Assembly (NCBI GenBank): GCA_016176465.1
Contig: JACOXD010000003.1
Coordinates: forward strand, 1,824 to 65,823
Direction of reading: 5' to 3'
DNA length: 64,000 nt
Source of the DNA: Candidatus Daviesbacteria bacterium
GTDB lineage: Bacteria > Patescibacteriota > Microgenomatia > Daviesbacterales > UBA10151
Of this stretch, positions 27,315 to 37,281 are shown piece after piece (position 1 is the stretch's first letter; the number at the start of each line of letters is the position of its first letter). Position numbers and translations under genes: made by a program. The notes under the pieces are model-generated. The model searched no databases and had not been told where the DNA came from. It saw only the letters and a list, made by a program, of their open reading frames with translations.

Positions 27315-28490
27315 TCAAGACTTAATATTTTCATTTACTAACTCTAAAACTTCCTTTTTAAACTTATTCTTAGAAAATTTTTCTGCATGTTTTCTAAGAA
27401 AAGATGAACTATACTTATCTTGATCAAATTTTTCTAATACCTTAACTAGTTCCTCTACTTTTGCCTCCTTGAAAAACTCACCTGTTTTCCCATTAATCAT
27501 AGTTTCTAAATACCCTCCTGCTTTAACAGCTATTACAGGGGTACCTGAGGCAAATGCTTCGACTACTGTTATTCCAAAATCCTCATCCTCAGATGAGACA
27601 ATTAACGCCTTAGCATTGGAAAGTAAACTTACTCTTTCTTCATCCGTTACTTCTCCTAAAAACTCAACATTTTTCCCTGCAAAAGCTTTTAACTCATCCA
27701 TTTGTGGCCCCACTCCTGCCACTTTTAATGGTAAATTCAATTTAGTTGCTGCTGCAACAGCTATCTCGGTCCCTTTCCCTCTCACTAATCTTCCCAGTGA
27801 TAAGAAATACTCACCTTTATCTGTCATCCCCGACTTGACAACCGAAGGTTGCAAGGTTTTAAGCGTAGCGAGAGTTCTTATCGGGGATCTATTAGATTCC
27901 CGCTTTCGCGGGAATGACGAAATATCAACCGGCGGATAAATTACCAAAGAGTCTCTTCTATAGAATTTTTTAATTCTTTCTTGAACATTTTTAGAATTAG
28001 CCACTAAGATACTTGGCCGCTGTGATACTTCAAAATCCCAAATTCTTAAAAAGTGGTTTAAAATTTCCCCTCCAATTCTGGTTAGCATATGCTTTTTATA
28101 GTTAAAAGAAGTGGTATATCCATATAAATATCTGGGAGGAGTATGGATGTAGCTAATGTGTAGTTGACTGGGTTTAGTTAAAACAGCTTTAGCAAAGTAA
28201 GTATTACAAGATGAAATCACTACATCAAAGGAAGATAAATCAAAACTTTCAAAAATTTTCTTTGCAAAAATCCTAGAGGGTGAAATAAATTTTGAGGCAA
28301 ATGGAAAGTTTTGCAGCCAGGAGGATCTTAAATCCCAATTTTTTATCCTATTTTTATGAGGGCCTAACTTATCTAAATTATAGTAAGCAGTAAAAATTGG
28401 AGCTTGCGGGAAAATTTCATGTAAAGCCTCTAGAACTCGCTCAGCCCCACCAAATTCCCATAAATAATCATGTACCAAGGCAACTTTCAC
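27315..28490 (-). CDS. Glycosyltransferase family 4
   Basis: KVALVHDYL..GGAERV, EDFGITVVEA.ASGTPVIA. Confidence 0.92.
   Translation of the reverse strand: MKVALVHDYLWEFGGAERVLEALHEIFPQAPIFTAYYNLDKLGPHKNRIKNWDLRSSWLQNFPFASKFISPSRIFAKKIFESFDLSSFDVVISSCNTYFAKAVLTKPSQLHISYIHTPPRYLYGYTTSFNYKKHMLTRIGGEILNHFLRIWDFEVSQRPSILVANSKNVQERIKKFYRRDSLVIYPPVDISSFPRKRESNRSPIRTLATLKTLQPSVVKSGMTDKGEYFLSLGRLVRGKGTEIAVAAATKLNLPLKVAGVGPQMDELKAFAGKNVEFLGEVTDEERVSLLSNAKALIVSSEDEDFGITVVEAFASGTPVIAVKAGGYLETMINGKTGEFFKEAKVEELVKVLEKFDQDKYSSSFLRKHAEKFSKNKFKKEVLELVNENIKS
27822..27918. repeat. In-frame nested palindromic insertion in GT4, including a dRS3-like hairpin
   Basis: tgtcatccccgacttg[...]atcggggatct plus attccc-gctttcgc-gggaatgac, encoding SFPRKRESNRSPIRTLATLKTLQPSVVKSGMT. 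Confidence 0.82.
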
Positions 28491-28507
28491 TTCTAAATTG
28501 TAGCAAA

Positions 28508-29260
28508 TTAAAGGCCCCTAAATTCATCTAAAGTAAGCGAAGCAACCTGATCCTCCAAATAAGCAGTAAAACCTCTAAAAGTTAACCGGCCGGCAACTTG
28601 TTTTTTTACCTGATTAAAAGTAGTTGGTGGGCCCAGTAAAATTCGAATTGGTATTAATAAATCCAGCGGAGATCTAACTTTATTATGGAAAATCCTAAAA
28701 GCTTGAAAAGGAACATCAGGATTTTGATGAGCTATAAATGCTACCCCTCTCATAAATCCTCTCACTTCCCCTACCGGATAGCGAGTCCCTTGGGGAAAGA
28801 TTCCTAACATTTGATCTGAAGCGAATACGGCATTTACAGCTTCAAAAAATTCCTCGGTATACTCTAATCTATCTACTGCCAGTGGAGCTCCGATGTTTAA
28901 AGTAGCAGCTATAACTTTACGCACTAAAGGAGGAGCATTATTTAAAGAATCATTTTTATTACCTGCCCACTCCTTTACTTTAGGATCTTCTTGATAGTTA
29001 GGATCAACTAAATCTCTTCTAGCAACTCCTCTTATAGATCTTCTTGCTTTAGAGGCAGCTAGCCAATATAAAATAAGTGGATCACTCTCATCATGATGTG
29101 GACCATACAAAACTGCAGGCCCCTCCCTAGGGATTCTATGACCTCTTACACTCGCTCCTCTAAGTACCGCTAAAACTTCTGAAACGCAAATAAAAGCAGT
29201 TGCTCCAACTGCAGGAATGCTTTCCTCTTCTATCCTAACTCCTAAAATCCTACGTTCCAT
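28508..29260 (-). CDS. PlsC-like lysophospholipid acyltransferase, divergent
   Basis: HHDESD (HX4D) and IFPQGTR. Confidence 0.7.
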   Translation of the reverse strand: MERRILGVRIEEESIPAVGATAFICVSEVLAVLRGASVRGHRIPREGPAVLYGPHHDESDPLILYWLAASKARRSIRGVARRDLVDPNYQEDPKVKEWAGNKNDSLNNAPPLVRKVIAATLNIGAPLAVDRLEYTEEFFEAVNAVFASDQMLGIFPQGTRYPVGEVRGFMRGVAFIAHQNPDVPFQAFRIFHNKVRSPLDLLIPIRILLGPPTTFNQVKKQVAGRLTFRGFTAYLEDQVASLTLDEFRGL

Positions 29261-29269
29261 AGTAAATTA

Positions 29270-29911
29270 TTAAATCTCTGTTTCCTCACCAAAGTTTAAA
29301 ACCCTTACTTCTATTCCATTAATTCTAGCCATTTCTTTAAGTTTCTCCGTATTGGCTTCATATACATCGTAGTGTATAGGAATAACTACTTTAGCCTTTA
29401 AGCTTCTAGCAAAATTTATAGAATCCTCTAAAGTAATCGCGGGATGAGCAATTGGTATAGCTGCATTTGGAGAGGTTAATCCTTCCAGTTTTATCCCATC
29501 CCCAGCATGAAAGAATACTCCATTAATTAAAAAACCAGTATTGTGAGGTCCCGGTTTATTTGGCCCGATAGGAAAATGAGGTAGGTCGAAAGCTTTTATT
29601 TTAAATCCTGCTACTTCAAACTCATCTCCATTATTAACTGGATTGACATTTATTCCCTGATTAAAAAAATGCCCTAATGCTGCACAAACATCATTATTTC
29701 CATACACTGGTTTATCTCCTACTACTTCTTTAATGTTAGCTGAATCAACATGGTCCCTATGAATATGGGTTATTAAGTAAGCATCCGCATTTTGAAATTC
29801 TTGGGGTTTGAATCCTTTCTCAAATGTGGGGTATCCTGGATCAATAATTAATTTTTTACCTAAAGAATTTGTAATTATAAGATGTGATTGAGGAAACTTC
29901 TTAATTTTCAT
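29270..29911 (-). CDS. Metallo-beta-lactamase fold hydrolase (UPF0173-like)
   Basis: IIDPG, THIHRDH, FHAGD, IPIHYD. Confidence 0.88.
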   Translation of the reverse strand: MKIKKFPQSHLIITNSLGKKLIIDPGYPTFEKGFKPQEFQNADAYLITHIHRDHVDSANIKEVVGDKPVYGNNDVCAALGHFFNQGINVNPVNNGDEFEVAGFKIKAFDLPHFPIGPNKPGPHNTGFLINGVFFHAGDGIKLEGLTSPNAAIPIAHPAITLEDSINFARSLKAKVVIPIHYDVYEANTEKLKEMARINGIEVRVLNFGEETEI

Positions 29912-30386
29912 TTAATTTTTTTCTTTTTAGCAAATAAAGAACAAATAACCCTAGACCTAATCCACCTAAAGCTGCTACTAAGATTAAATTAGTTCTACTA
30001 CCTTCCCCTAAACTTTTTACCTCCTCTTCATTATTAAGCTCTCTATTTCCCATACATGAGTTAGTTTTTAAAATTCCCTCAGTCGATTGTTTTAGAAAAA
30101 GTAGATATTTTTTATCTTCTTCAAATGTAAAATCTACGGAAGTAATGGCTTCTTTGCTTTCCTGTCCTGTTATCTTAATTTCTTTTTCTCCTTGACTTTT
30201 TAAATATTTTTCTACCTCAAAGTTTGCAAAGCTATTATTTATGGAAGTTACCTTTCCTACAACGACTACATCTGCCATGTTTTTATACTCGTTTAAAGAA
30301 AATGGCCCAGCGCAAGATGCAAAAGCTGTGGGTGCAAAAAAAGTTAAGAAGAAAGATATTAGTAATATAGTTACTAGTTTCTTCAT
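29901..30386 (-). CDS. Secreted TIMP/NTR-like domain protein with C-terminal TM anchor
   Basis: Signal peptide AFA-SC; ADVVVVGKV, F..DKKYLLFL, TNSCMGN; C-terminal TM plus KRKK. Confidence 0.55.
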   Translation of the reverse strand: MKKLVTILLISFFLTFFAPTAFASCAGPFSLNEYKNMADVVVVGKVTSINNSFANFEVEKYLKSQGEKEIKITGQESKEAITSVDFTFEEDKKYLLFLKQSTEGILKTNSCMGNRELNNEEEVKSLGEGSRTNLILVAALGGLGLGLFVLYLLKRKKLNEN

Positions 30387-31195
30387 AATGTTTTGACTGT
30401 TTCTATTAACTGCTCAAAAGAAAGCTTTGTTTTTTTAGAATCAGGTGCAGAGCCTGAACCACAAATAACCATATGATGTGATTGGTGTAAGAACCAATCT
30501 GCATCAGGATCTAGATCTTTTAGCTTTTTATAAATTGGTTCTAAATCTATATCTTTAGGGCTAAAGTATTGGACTGATTTAAATTTTGGATCATACATTA
30601 AAAAAAGATCCCCTTCTATACTTTTGCAAAAAGCCCTATCTATAGTTTCAGATATTACTGCAAAACTTTGTCCAAATTTTGATTCAAAATTAACTCTTTC
30701 TTCCCAATCTAACTTAGATTGCTGTTTTTTTATTAAGCTTTTTAAAACTCTATTTAAAATTTCCTCACCTAATTTAATTGATTCTTGTGAGCTTTCATTG
30801 GTTGATTCATCAGCCCTTATAAAACTTTGTACGCTATATTCTGAGAATTCATAACTGGGAGCTTTGCCTGTATCAATCAAAGTATTCCACTCTACTAATT
30901 CATCAAGGGCTCTAGTTTCCAGCTCATTTTTAGGTGCCAAATTTTTACTCTTTATATCTTTCCAAACTAAAGATCCAGCACTCTCATCCTTGTCTCCTTT
31001 ATGTTCATCATATTTGCCCATCCCTACCCCAACATACAATCTATTTTCGCTATCTTCAAAACCACTTTTTCCTTTATCAGCACTAATAAATTCTATACTT
31101 GCATTAGCAAAATTTGGGATAAACTTTTTTATTAACCAAATACCAACAATATCATCCAAATGTGGGTTAATATGTGTTATTAATGTCTTTACCAT
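30383..31195 (-). CDS. MYG1/DHH-like putative phosphoesterase
   Basis: ITHINPHLDD, VGVGMGKYDEH, ESAGSLVW. Confidence 0.6.
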   Translation of the reverse strand: MVKTLITHINPHLDDIVGIWLIKKFIPNFANASIEFISADKGKSGFEDSENRLYVGVGMGKYDEHKGDKDESAGSLVWKDIKSKNLAPKNELETRALDELVEWNTLIDTGKAPSYEFSEYSVQSFIRADESTNESSQESIKLGEEILNRVLKSLIKKQQSKLDWEERVNFESKFGQSFAVISETIDRAFCKSIEGDLFLMYDPKFKSVQYFSPKDIDLEPIYKKLKDLDPDADWFLHQSHHMVICGSGSAPDSKKTKLSFEQLIETVKTL

Positions 31196-31236
31196 TATTA
31201 ATTCTCAAATAGTATAGCAAATGCTAGTATTAAATA

Positions 31237-32130
31237 ATGGATCTAGCTAAAAAATTAGCCTTTGCTCCAATATTTTTAATCTTTTTAGCATTATTTTTCT
31301 ACCTATTAAACCCTTTGCTTAAATCAACAGATTTACTTTTTTTAACTGATTTGAGTAATTTAACTCAGATTTTATTTTTAGTATTAACCTTGGTTTTGAC
31401 TTCCCTCTTTTTTGCAGTATTTGCATCTCTTGCCTCTGATCTAAAAATAGTTTTAGCAATTGGAGCGATAGCTTCCAGCCTATCTATTATCCTACTTCCT
31501 TTACCCATTAACTTTTTAATAGCAGTTTTAATTTTTGCTTCTATTTTTTTAAGTTATTATTTACTTTCACAAAAATTAAAAAGTTATCTAACTTTTCAAC
31601 CCACACTTTTAATTTCTCCCACCGCAAAACACTTTGCAGCAACATTAATAATTTTATCCTCTCTAGCTTATTTTTTATCTGTTAACCAGGAAATCAAACA
31701 AAATGGATTTAAAATTCCAGATAGTTTACTAGAAACTGCCTTAAAGTTTATACCTCAACCTCAAGAAAGCGATCTTAACCTACCCACAATAAACTCAAAT
31801 CAACTAGATTTATTAAGAGAAAATTCAAATCTTCTGGAGCAGCTTGGTTTGGGCTCTGGTGTTTTAGATTCCCTTCCCTCTAAAACTGATAGTACTCAGG
31901 ATTTAATAAAACAAACTATTAATTCTCAAATTCAAAGTTTAATTAAACCCTACTTAGATTGGATTCCCCTAATACTAGCTTTACTCTTTTTTATCACTTT
32001 ACAATCAATATTTTTTATCTTTTCTTTTTTAATATCTCCTTTGATTTGGTTAACTTTTTATCTTTTAGAAAAAACAGGCTATATTAGGTTTGAGATAGAG
32101 ATGAGAGAAGCTAAAAAAATGATGGTTTAA
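31237..32130 (+). CDS. Multi-pass membrane protein of unknown function
   Basis: About 6 hydrophobic segments. Confidence 0.7.
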   Translation: MDLAKKLAFAPIFLIFLALFFYLLNPLLKSTDLLFLTDLSNLTQILFLVLTLVLTSLFFAVFASLASDLKIVLAIGAIASSLSIILLPLPINFLIAVLIFASIFLSYYLLSQKLKSYLTFQPTLLISPTAKHFAATLIILSSLAYFLSVNQEIKQNGFKIPDSLLETALKFIPQPQESDLNLPTINSNQLDLLRENSNLLEQLGLGSGVLDSLPSKTDSTQDLIKQTINSQIQSLIKPYLDWIPLILALLFFITLQSIFFIFSFLISPLIWLTFYLLEKTGYIRFEIEMREAKKMMV

Positions 32131-32162
32131 ATTTCTAGCTTTTCCATCTCTCCCCAGTTTGG
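32127..32162 (-). repeat. Displaced copy of the polA 3' end (att-like direct repeat)
   Basis: CCAAACTGGGGAGAGATGGAAAAGCT-AGAAATTTAA (PNWGEMEKLEI*) versus polA 34150-34115 CCAAACTGGGGAGAGATGGAAAAGCT-CGATATTTGA (PNWGEMEKLDI*); 26 nt identical. Confidence 0.9.
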
Positions 32163-32169
32163 GCAATTA

Positions 32170-32550
32170 CTATATTAGCTTTAACCTACTAATTCCTTTA
32201 AAATCTTTTTTGTTTAAAGTAAAAAGTTTGGCTTTATTCAAAATAGCAGTAGCAGCAATTGCTGCATCTGCAAATTGGACTCTCGGTCTAATATCTCTCA
32301 TGATTTCTCCAGCTAGTTTGGCTACTTCGTATTCATATGGTAATATCGTCAACATATTGATTAATTTCAGGAAGAATTCTTCTTTACGAGCCACTTTACT
32401 GCTTTCACCTACATAGAGTTCTTGGATGGTAATTATTGAAACAGCAAAGTCCTGTGCTGGCATAAACTCGAGTAATTTTGCTAAATGACTATTTTTGTTT
32501 CCTAGCTGTCTGATGTAGTCAATTATTAAATCTGTATCTAATATTACCAT
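32170..32550 (-). CDS. vapC: VapC PIN-domain toxin
   Basis: VILDTDLII, TIQEL, FADAAIAATA, TLNKKDF. Confidence 0.9.
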   Translation of the reverse strand: MVILDTDLIIDYIRQLGNKNSHLAKLLEFMPAQDFAVSIITIQELYVGESSKVARKEEFFLKLINMLTILPYEYEVAKLAGEIMRDIRPRVQFADAAIAATAILNKAKLFTLNKKDFKGISRLKLI

Positions 32551-32729
32551 GCCCTTCTCATCTTCTTAGCAGCTTCAATTTCTAACTTTCTCCTTATTTT
32601 TTGCTCCTTATCATACGCTTCCCAGTCTTCGTCTTTAAAGATCCCCTTTGCTTCTTCTAAAATCTCCAGTAAACTTTGCTTTTTTTCTAACTTTAAAGTG
32701 GCTCCATTTTTAGATTTTTTAATTTCCAT
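32544..32729 (-). CDS. AbrB/VapB-type antitoxin, apparently N-terminally truncated
   Basis: Overlaps vapC start; the upstream in-frame GIKPGTK-MEI resembles mid-AbrB, but a stop lies a few codons earlier. Confidence 0.65.
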   Translation of the reverse strand: MEIKKSKNGATLKLEKKQSLLEILEEAKGIFKDEDWEAYDKEQKIRRKLEIEAAKKMRRAW

Positions 32730-32750
32730 CTTTGTCCCAGGTTTAATCCC

Positions 32751-32765
32751 TCCATTTCTCCCCAG
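32751..32765 (-). repeat. Second, shorter polA-tail remnant
   Basis: CTGGGGAGAAATGGA (WGEME), 14/15 identical to polA CTGGGGAGAGATGGA. Confidence 0.6.
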
Positions 32766-32777
32766 CTATTATATCCC

Positions 32778-34084
32778 TTAAAGCTCATAATAGGGAATAT
32801 TAGCAACCCCTGATATATTATAATCCTCCAAAAGAATATGAATTTTTCTTTGATAAGTTTCCCATTGAGTTGCTAATCTTTTTCTCAAATCATCATTTAC
32901 TACAGAAGGTGCACTGTCAAAAAAGGCATGACAAACTAAACCTAATAATTGATAGACACTTGCTCTGAATTTGAGACTTTCTCTATTCACCTCTACTAAA
33001 TTATATTTATTCTCTTGTTCACGAATAACGGCTGAACCTTCATGCTCCTTTATAACTAATCCTTCAGGCTCAACAACTCTGGGTAAACGTTCAATAAAAT
33101 CTGTTCTTCCGTCAACATTTTTCCAATGAGGGTTTAGCGAGCGCCATGTCCTCCCCCCATCGTGGACTAAAGGAGCAAACCTTGCCCATGGCTTATCAAA
33201 AAATGGCTCCTCCCAATTATTTAAATATGTTCCAGTTAAGAGTAACCCTATGGCGCTGTATTTGAAAGCATCCGGCAACCTACCCTGAACTGTCAACTGA
33301 TGCATAACATCATCAACAGTTCCATATTCTCCTAATAAAGAAAGAGCATCTTCTGCATGCTCAAGAGCAGTTGTCCTAGCAGAAAGAATCCTTAGCTCCT
33401 CTTTTTTGCCTATTTTTACTGAAAGTTTCCCACCTAAAGGTGGAAGATAATTCAAAGCATCAAAAAAAGCATAAACTTCACTACGAGAAGGACGGAATAC
33501 ATCCCATTCTGGGTGATAAAGCGAAACTAATTTATCATGATATGCATCTAATTTTTCTTGATGAGATTGTTTTTTTCAAGAGTTTCACTAGTAGCTATCG
33601 ATACTCCTCCTATTGCAATTAATGTTCCACTAATAACACCTACGAAATCTAAGACAGACCTCCAAAATGTCCATTCACTATTTTCTATCCTTGATCTAAA
33701 ACTTTGATATAATTGCCAACGTGCCTTTTCTTGGATTTTTAAATCATAGGCCTTTTTAAATTCTTCAGATGAAATTATTTCTCTTGCTTTTCCAGGGTTT
33801 TGATTAACATATTCACTTGCAGCCTGATTATCTAATTCACCCAGAGTTTGTTCAGATTTCTCAACTTCTACTGGTTTTGAAGGAGGAATAGCCTCATCAA
33901 TTTGAGACCCAATATGAAGTTCTTGCTTACGAGATTCACCCAGCATTCTTGCAAAATCTATTATTGATGCGCAGTCAAGCGCAACTCCTCCTAATACCAC
34001 CCAACCTGCTGTTAAAAATTTTCTTCTGGATCTATTATAATTTTCGTTTTGAGCAGCACTTGAGTGTTCTCGAGAATTACCCAT
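32778..34084 (-). pseudogene. Membrane-associated hypothetical gene split by a -1 frameshift (ORFs 33548..34084 and 32778..33455)
   Basis: The downstream frame is open without a stop from the A7 run at 33570-33576 into the 225-aa ORF; upstream part has RRKFL plus TM segments. Confidence 0.6.
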
Positions 34085-34114
34085 GAGGAGATTATAGGAC
34101 ATTCAAACTGGGAG

Positions 34115-36385
34115 TCAAATATCGAGCTTTTCCATCTCTCCCCAGTTTGGCCCTACTTTTAAATCTACAACCACTGGAACAGAAAGAGCTAGTGCATTTT
34201 CCATTTTTTCTCTAATCATTTTAGCAGCTTTTTGGACTTGTGGTGAGCAGTTCGGCCCTGAGCTCACTGCCGAAGGGCTTGTCGAACCATCACACTCAAA
34301 TAAAAGCTCATCATGAACCTGGAGGATCATTTGGCAGGAGGAAGATTGCTTCGCTTCGCTCGCAATGACGTCATTGCGAGGAGTCTTTGACGACGAAGCA
34401 ATCTTATTGAGCGCTTTCTCTATTTCCACCATAGCTTTTTTGATCATATCAGCAGCAGTCCCTTGTACTGGCATATTAATAGCCATCCTCTCTCCTGCTG
34501 CTTTGAGCATCTTATTAGCGGCTTGCAACTCTGGGATATATCTTTTTCTCCCCCAAATTGTTTCAACATATCCTTCCTTATATCCTTGATCCAAAATTTT
34601 CTCCATCCACTCTCTTACCTTTGGAAACTGGGCAAAATATTCTTCTATATAAAGTTTAGCAACTGCATACTCTACTCCTAGTTGTTGAGATAATGCTCTT
34701 GGACCTTGACCATATAAAGTGGCAAAGTTCATAGTTTTTCCAACCATTCTTTGTTCTTTAGTGACTTTCTCAATTGGTACTTTAAATATCTTTGAGGCTG
34801 TGCCTGCATGGATATCCAATCCTTCTTGGAACACTTTTTTTAATCCCGGATCATCTGCTAAATGAGCCATGACTCTAAGCTCAATTTGAGAATAATCAGC
34901 AGATAATAAGACTTTCCCTTTTGGAGCAATAAAAGCTTTTCTCATCTCCCCTCCTAAATCACCTTTAACAGGAATGTTTTGAAGATTCGGATTTTGGGAG
35001 GAAAGCCTTCCTGTGGCAGCACCTTCTACATTAAACGTAGAGTGGATTCTCCCCTTTTTATCAGTATATTTTGGGAGAGCATCAATATAGGTTGAGATTA
35101 GTTTAAATAAAAATCTATACTCTAAAATTAAGGGGATTGCTGGATGCGCAGCTTTTAGCTCATTTAGCGTTGCTTCATCTGTTGATCTTCCTGTTTTAGT
35201 TTTTCTAATAACTGGTAAATTTAATTCATCAAATAAAACTTCTGATAGTTGCTTTGGGCTATTTAGATTAAACTGATGTCCAATATATGAGTAAATTTTT
35301 TTCTCTAAGCCTTTTAATTGTCTCTTTAGTTTAACCTCAAGCCTTTTTAGAAATCTTAAATCTATTAAAACTCCAAACTTGCTCATTTTTTGTAAAACTT
35401 TATCTGTTTCTAAATCAAGGTCAGTGGTATAAGAGTTTTGTACTCTGTCATTCTGATGGTCCACTGGACCAGAAGAATCTAATTTAGATCCTTCGCTTTC
35501 GCTCAGGATGACACTTATTCCTGGTAATCTGGAAATTAAACTTTTAAATTCCAACTCCTCAAAGAGTTTCTTAGCTTGTTCTATATCATAATCAGAAACT
35601 CGACATTTGGCTAAATCCAACCTTATAGGTGCATTTAAATCCAGGGTAGCTAATTTTTTGGATAAGGTTGCTGATTCAGCACCTTCTGCAAGTAGAGTTT
35701 GCATTCGCTCTGGTAAAGTTTTTAAGTTTTCTTTCTTGTAGATTTTTTCAACTGTCTCAAATTGTTTAATTAACTTAGTTGCAGACACCTCACCAATTCC
35801 TGATACTCCTGGGATATTATCTGATTGGTCCCCTGCCAGGCCTTTATAATCCACCATTTGCTTTGGCATAAAGCCATACCTGGCTAAAAATTCATCAACC
35901 CCATAAATCCCAACATCTGCTAGAGTTTTCCTAGGCATCAAAACTTTTATTCTTTTATCAATAAGTTGCATAATATCTCGATCCCCTGTCACTACAATTA
36001 CTTCTAGATTTTTCTCTTTTTTAGTAGCCTGCAAAGCTAGGGTGCCTATTAGATCATCAGCTTCAAACCCAGAAAGAGAAAACTCCGGAATGTTTAAAGT
36101 AGAAATAACTTCATGAACTCTTTTATATTGAGAAGATAAACCATCATCTGCTGGGCCCCGGGTAGCTTTATACTGGGTATATTGCTGGTGTCTAAAGGTT
36201 GGTCCTTTCTCATCCCAAGCAATCCCAATAAAATCAGGTTTTAAATCATTAATGGACCTTAAAAGCATTGAGGTAAACCCATAAACAGCATTAACTAATT
36301 CCCCACTAGAGGTAGTTAATGGAGGTGTTGCATGATAAGCCCTATGCAGCAGCGCGTTGCCGTCTATCAAAACTAAACGTTTCAT
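34115..36385 (-). CDS. polA: DNA polymerase I (5'-3' exonuclease plus polymerase; 3'-5' exonuclease domain absent)
   Basis: LIDGNALLHRAYHA, GDQSDNIPGV, ADYSQIELR, KTMNFATLYG, QVHDELLFE. Confidence 0.97.
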   Translation of the reverse strand: MKRLVLIDGNALLHRAYHATPPLTTSSGELVNAVYGFTSMLLRSINDLKPDFIGIAWDEKGPTFRHQQYTQYKATRGPADDGLSSQYKRVHEVISTLNIPEFSLSGFEADDLIGTLALQATKKEKNLEVIVVTGDRDIMQLIDKRIKVLMPRKTLADVGIYGVDEFLARYGFMPKQMVDYKGLAGDQSDNIPGVSGIGEVSATKLIKQFETVEKIYKKENLKTLPERMQTLLAEGAESATLSKKLATLDLNAPIRLDLAKCRVSDYDIEQAKKLFEELEFKSLISRLPGISVILSESEGSKLDSSGPVDHQNDRVQNSYTTDLDLETDKVLQKMSKFGVLIDLRFLKRLEVKLKRQLKGLEKKIYSYIGHQFNLNSPKQLSEVLFDELNLPVIRKTKTGRSTDEATLNELKAAHPAIPLILEYRFLFKLISTYIDALPKYTDKKGRIHSTFNVEGAATGRLSSQNPNLQNIPVKGDLGGEMRKAFIAPKGKVLLSADYSQIELRVMAHLADDPGLKKVFQEGLDIHAGTASKIFKVPIEKVTKEQRMVGKTMNFATLYGQGPRALSQQLGVEYAVAKLYIEEYFAQFPKVREWMEKILDQGYKEGYVETIWGRKRYIPELQAANKMLKAAGERMAINMPVQGTAADMIKKAMVEIEKALNKIASSSKTPRNDVIASEAKQSSSCQMILQVHDELLFECDGSTSPSAVSSGPNCSPQVQKAAKMIREKMENALALSVPVVVDLKVGPNWGEMEKLDI
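34241..34404. repeat. Two in-frame palindromic insertions in the polA C-terminal region (34241-34289 and 34343-34404)
   Basis: tggtgagc[...]cttgtcgaacca encodes GSTSPSAVSSGPNCSP; agattgcttcgcttcgctcgcaatgac-gtcattgcgag...gaagcaatct encodes IASSSKTPRNDVIASEAKQS. Confidence 0.85.
35446..35513. repeat. In-frame palindromic insertion in the polA linker
   Basis: tgtcattctga...tcaggatgaca, encoding VILSESEGSKLDSSGPVDHQND; 27 bp identical to the sucC-like gene at 46855-46881. Confidence 0.85.
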
Positions 36386-36431
36386 TGAATGAATTTTAGT
36401 TTAAATAGCCTTTAAACTCAATCTAAAGTTA

Positions 36432-36459
36432 TTGACAAATTTATTAAGACAGCTAAAAT
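36432..36459 (+). promoter_or_regulatory. Sigma70-like promoter of the methyltransferase
   Basis: TTGACA-N16-TAAAAT, 12 nt before the ATG. Confidence 0.55.
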
Positions 36460-36471
36460 GCTAAAAGATAA

Positions 36472-37281
36472 ATGGAAAGTTATTTGCTTTTAATAATAGA
36501 AAAGATTATTTTAACCTTCCCCAGACAACTAAATTCCACTTTTTTTAATTTAATCTCTTTTTTTGATAAAGATAATCAAGTCAGAACCTTAAATTATGGA
36601 TTTGCCGGAAAATTAAAAATTACTCTTTCCAAAGATGAAGAATCTCTTCGCTTTGGATTGCAAATGTATCATCACGTTGCCTCTAAAGTTTCTTTAAACA
36701 ATAAAAAGATTTTGGAAGTTGGCTGTGGCAGAGGTGGCGGAGCAAGCTATATTGCCAAAACTTTTAAAGTTAAATCTTATCTGGGAGTGGATTTTAGCTC
36801 TAGTGCTATTAAATTTTGCCAAAAATATTACAAAAATCAAAAAAATCTTAAATTCTCTTTTGCAGAAGCACATAACCTGCCTAGAGTTAGAGGTGGTTTT
36901 GATATCTTAATCAATGTGGAATCATCACAAACCTATCATGATGAGGTTGGTTTTTTTAAGGAAGTCTTTAAAATATTAAAAAAAGGAGGTTATTTTTTAT
37001 TGGTTACACCTAGAGCATCAGAAAAGGTTGATCCTTTAATTAATGATCTAAAAGATGTGGGTTTTCAGGTTAAAAATGTAGAGGATATTACCCCAAATGT
37101 AATAAAGGCACTAGATATTGATAGCAAACGCAAAGCTTCTTTAATTAGACAATACGCCCCAAGTAGATTTTTAAAAAAATCAATGGAAATATTCTCTGCC
37201 ATGCCTGGAACTTACCATTATAATAATTTTAAAAAAAGAGACTTTGTTTATTTACTAAAAATTTTGCAAAAACCTACTTAA
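36472..37281 (+). CDS. Class I SAM-dependent methyltransferase
   Basis: LNYGF, ILEVGCGRGGG, FDILINVESS. Confidence 0.88.
   Translation: MESYLLLIIEKIILTFPRQLNSTFFNLISFFDKDNQVRTLNYGFAGKLKITLSKDEESLRFGLQMYHHVASKVSLNNKKILEVGCGRGGGASYIAKTFKVKSYLGVDFSSSAIKFCQKYYKNQKNLKFSFAEAHNLPRVRGGFDILINVESSQTYHDEVGFFKEVFKILKKGGYFLLVTPRASEKVDPLINDLKDVGFQVKNVEDITPNVIKALDIDSKRKASLIRQYAPSRFLKKSMEIFSAMPGTYHYNNFKKRDFVYLLKILQKPT

Noticed and set aside
33440-33622. 60-aa plus-strand ORF and the many other short ORFs overlapping long genes
   Set aside because: Antisense or alternate-frame shadows of well-supported genes.
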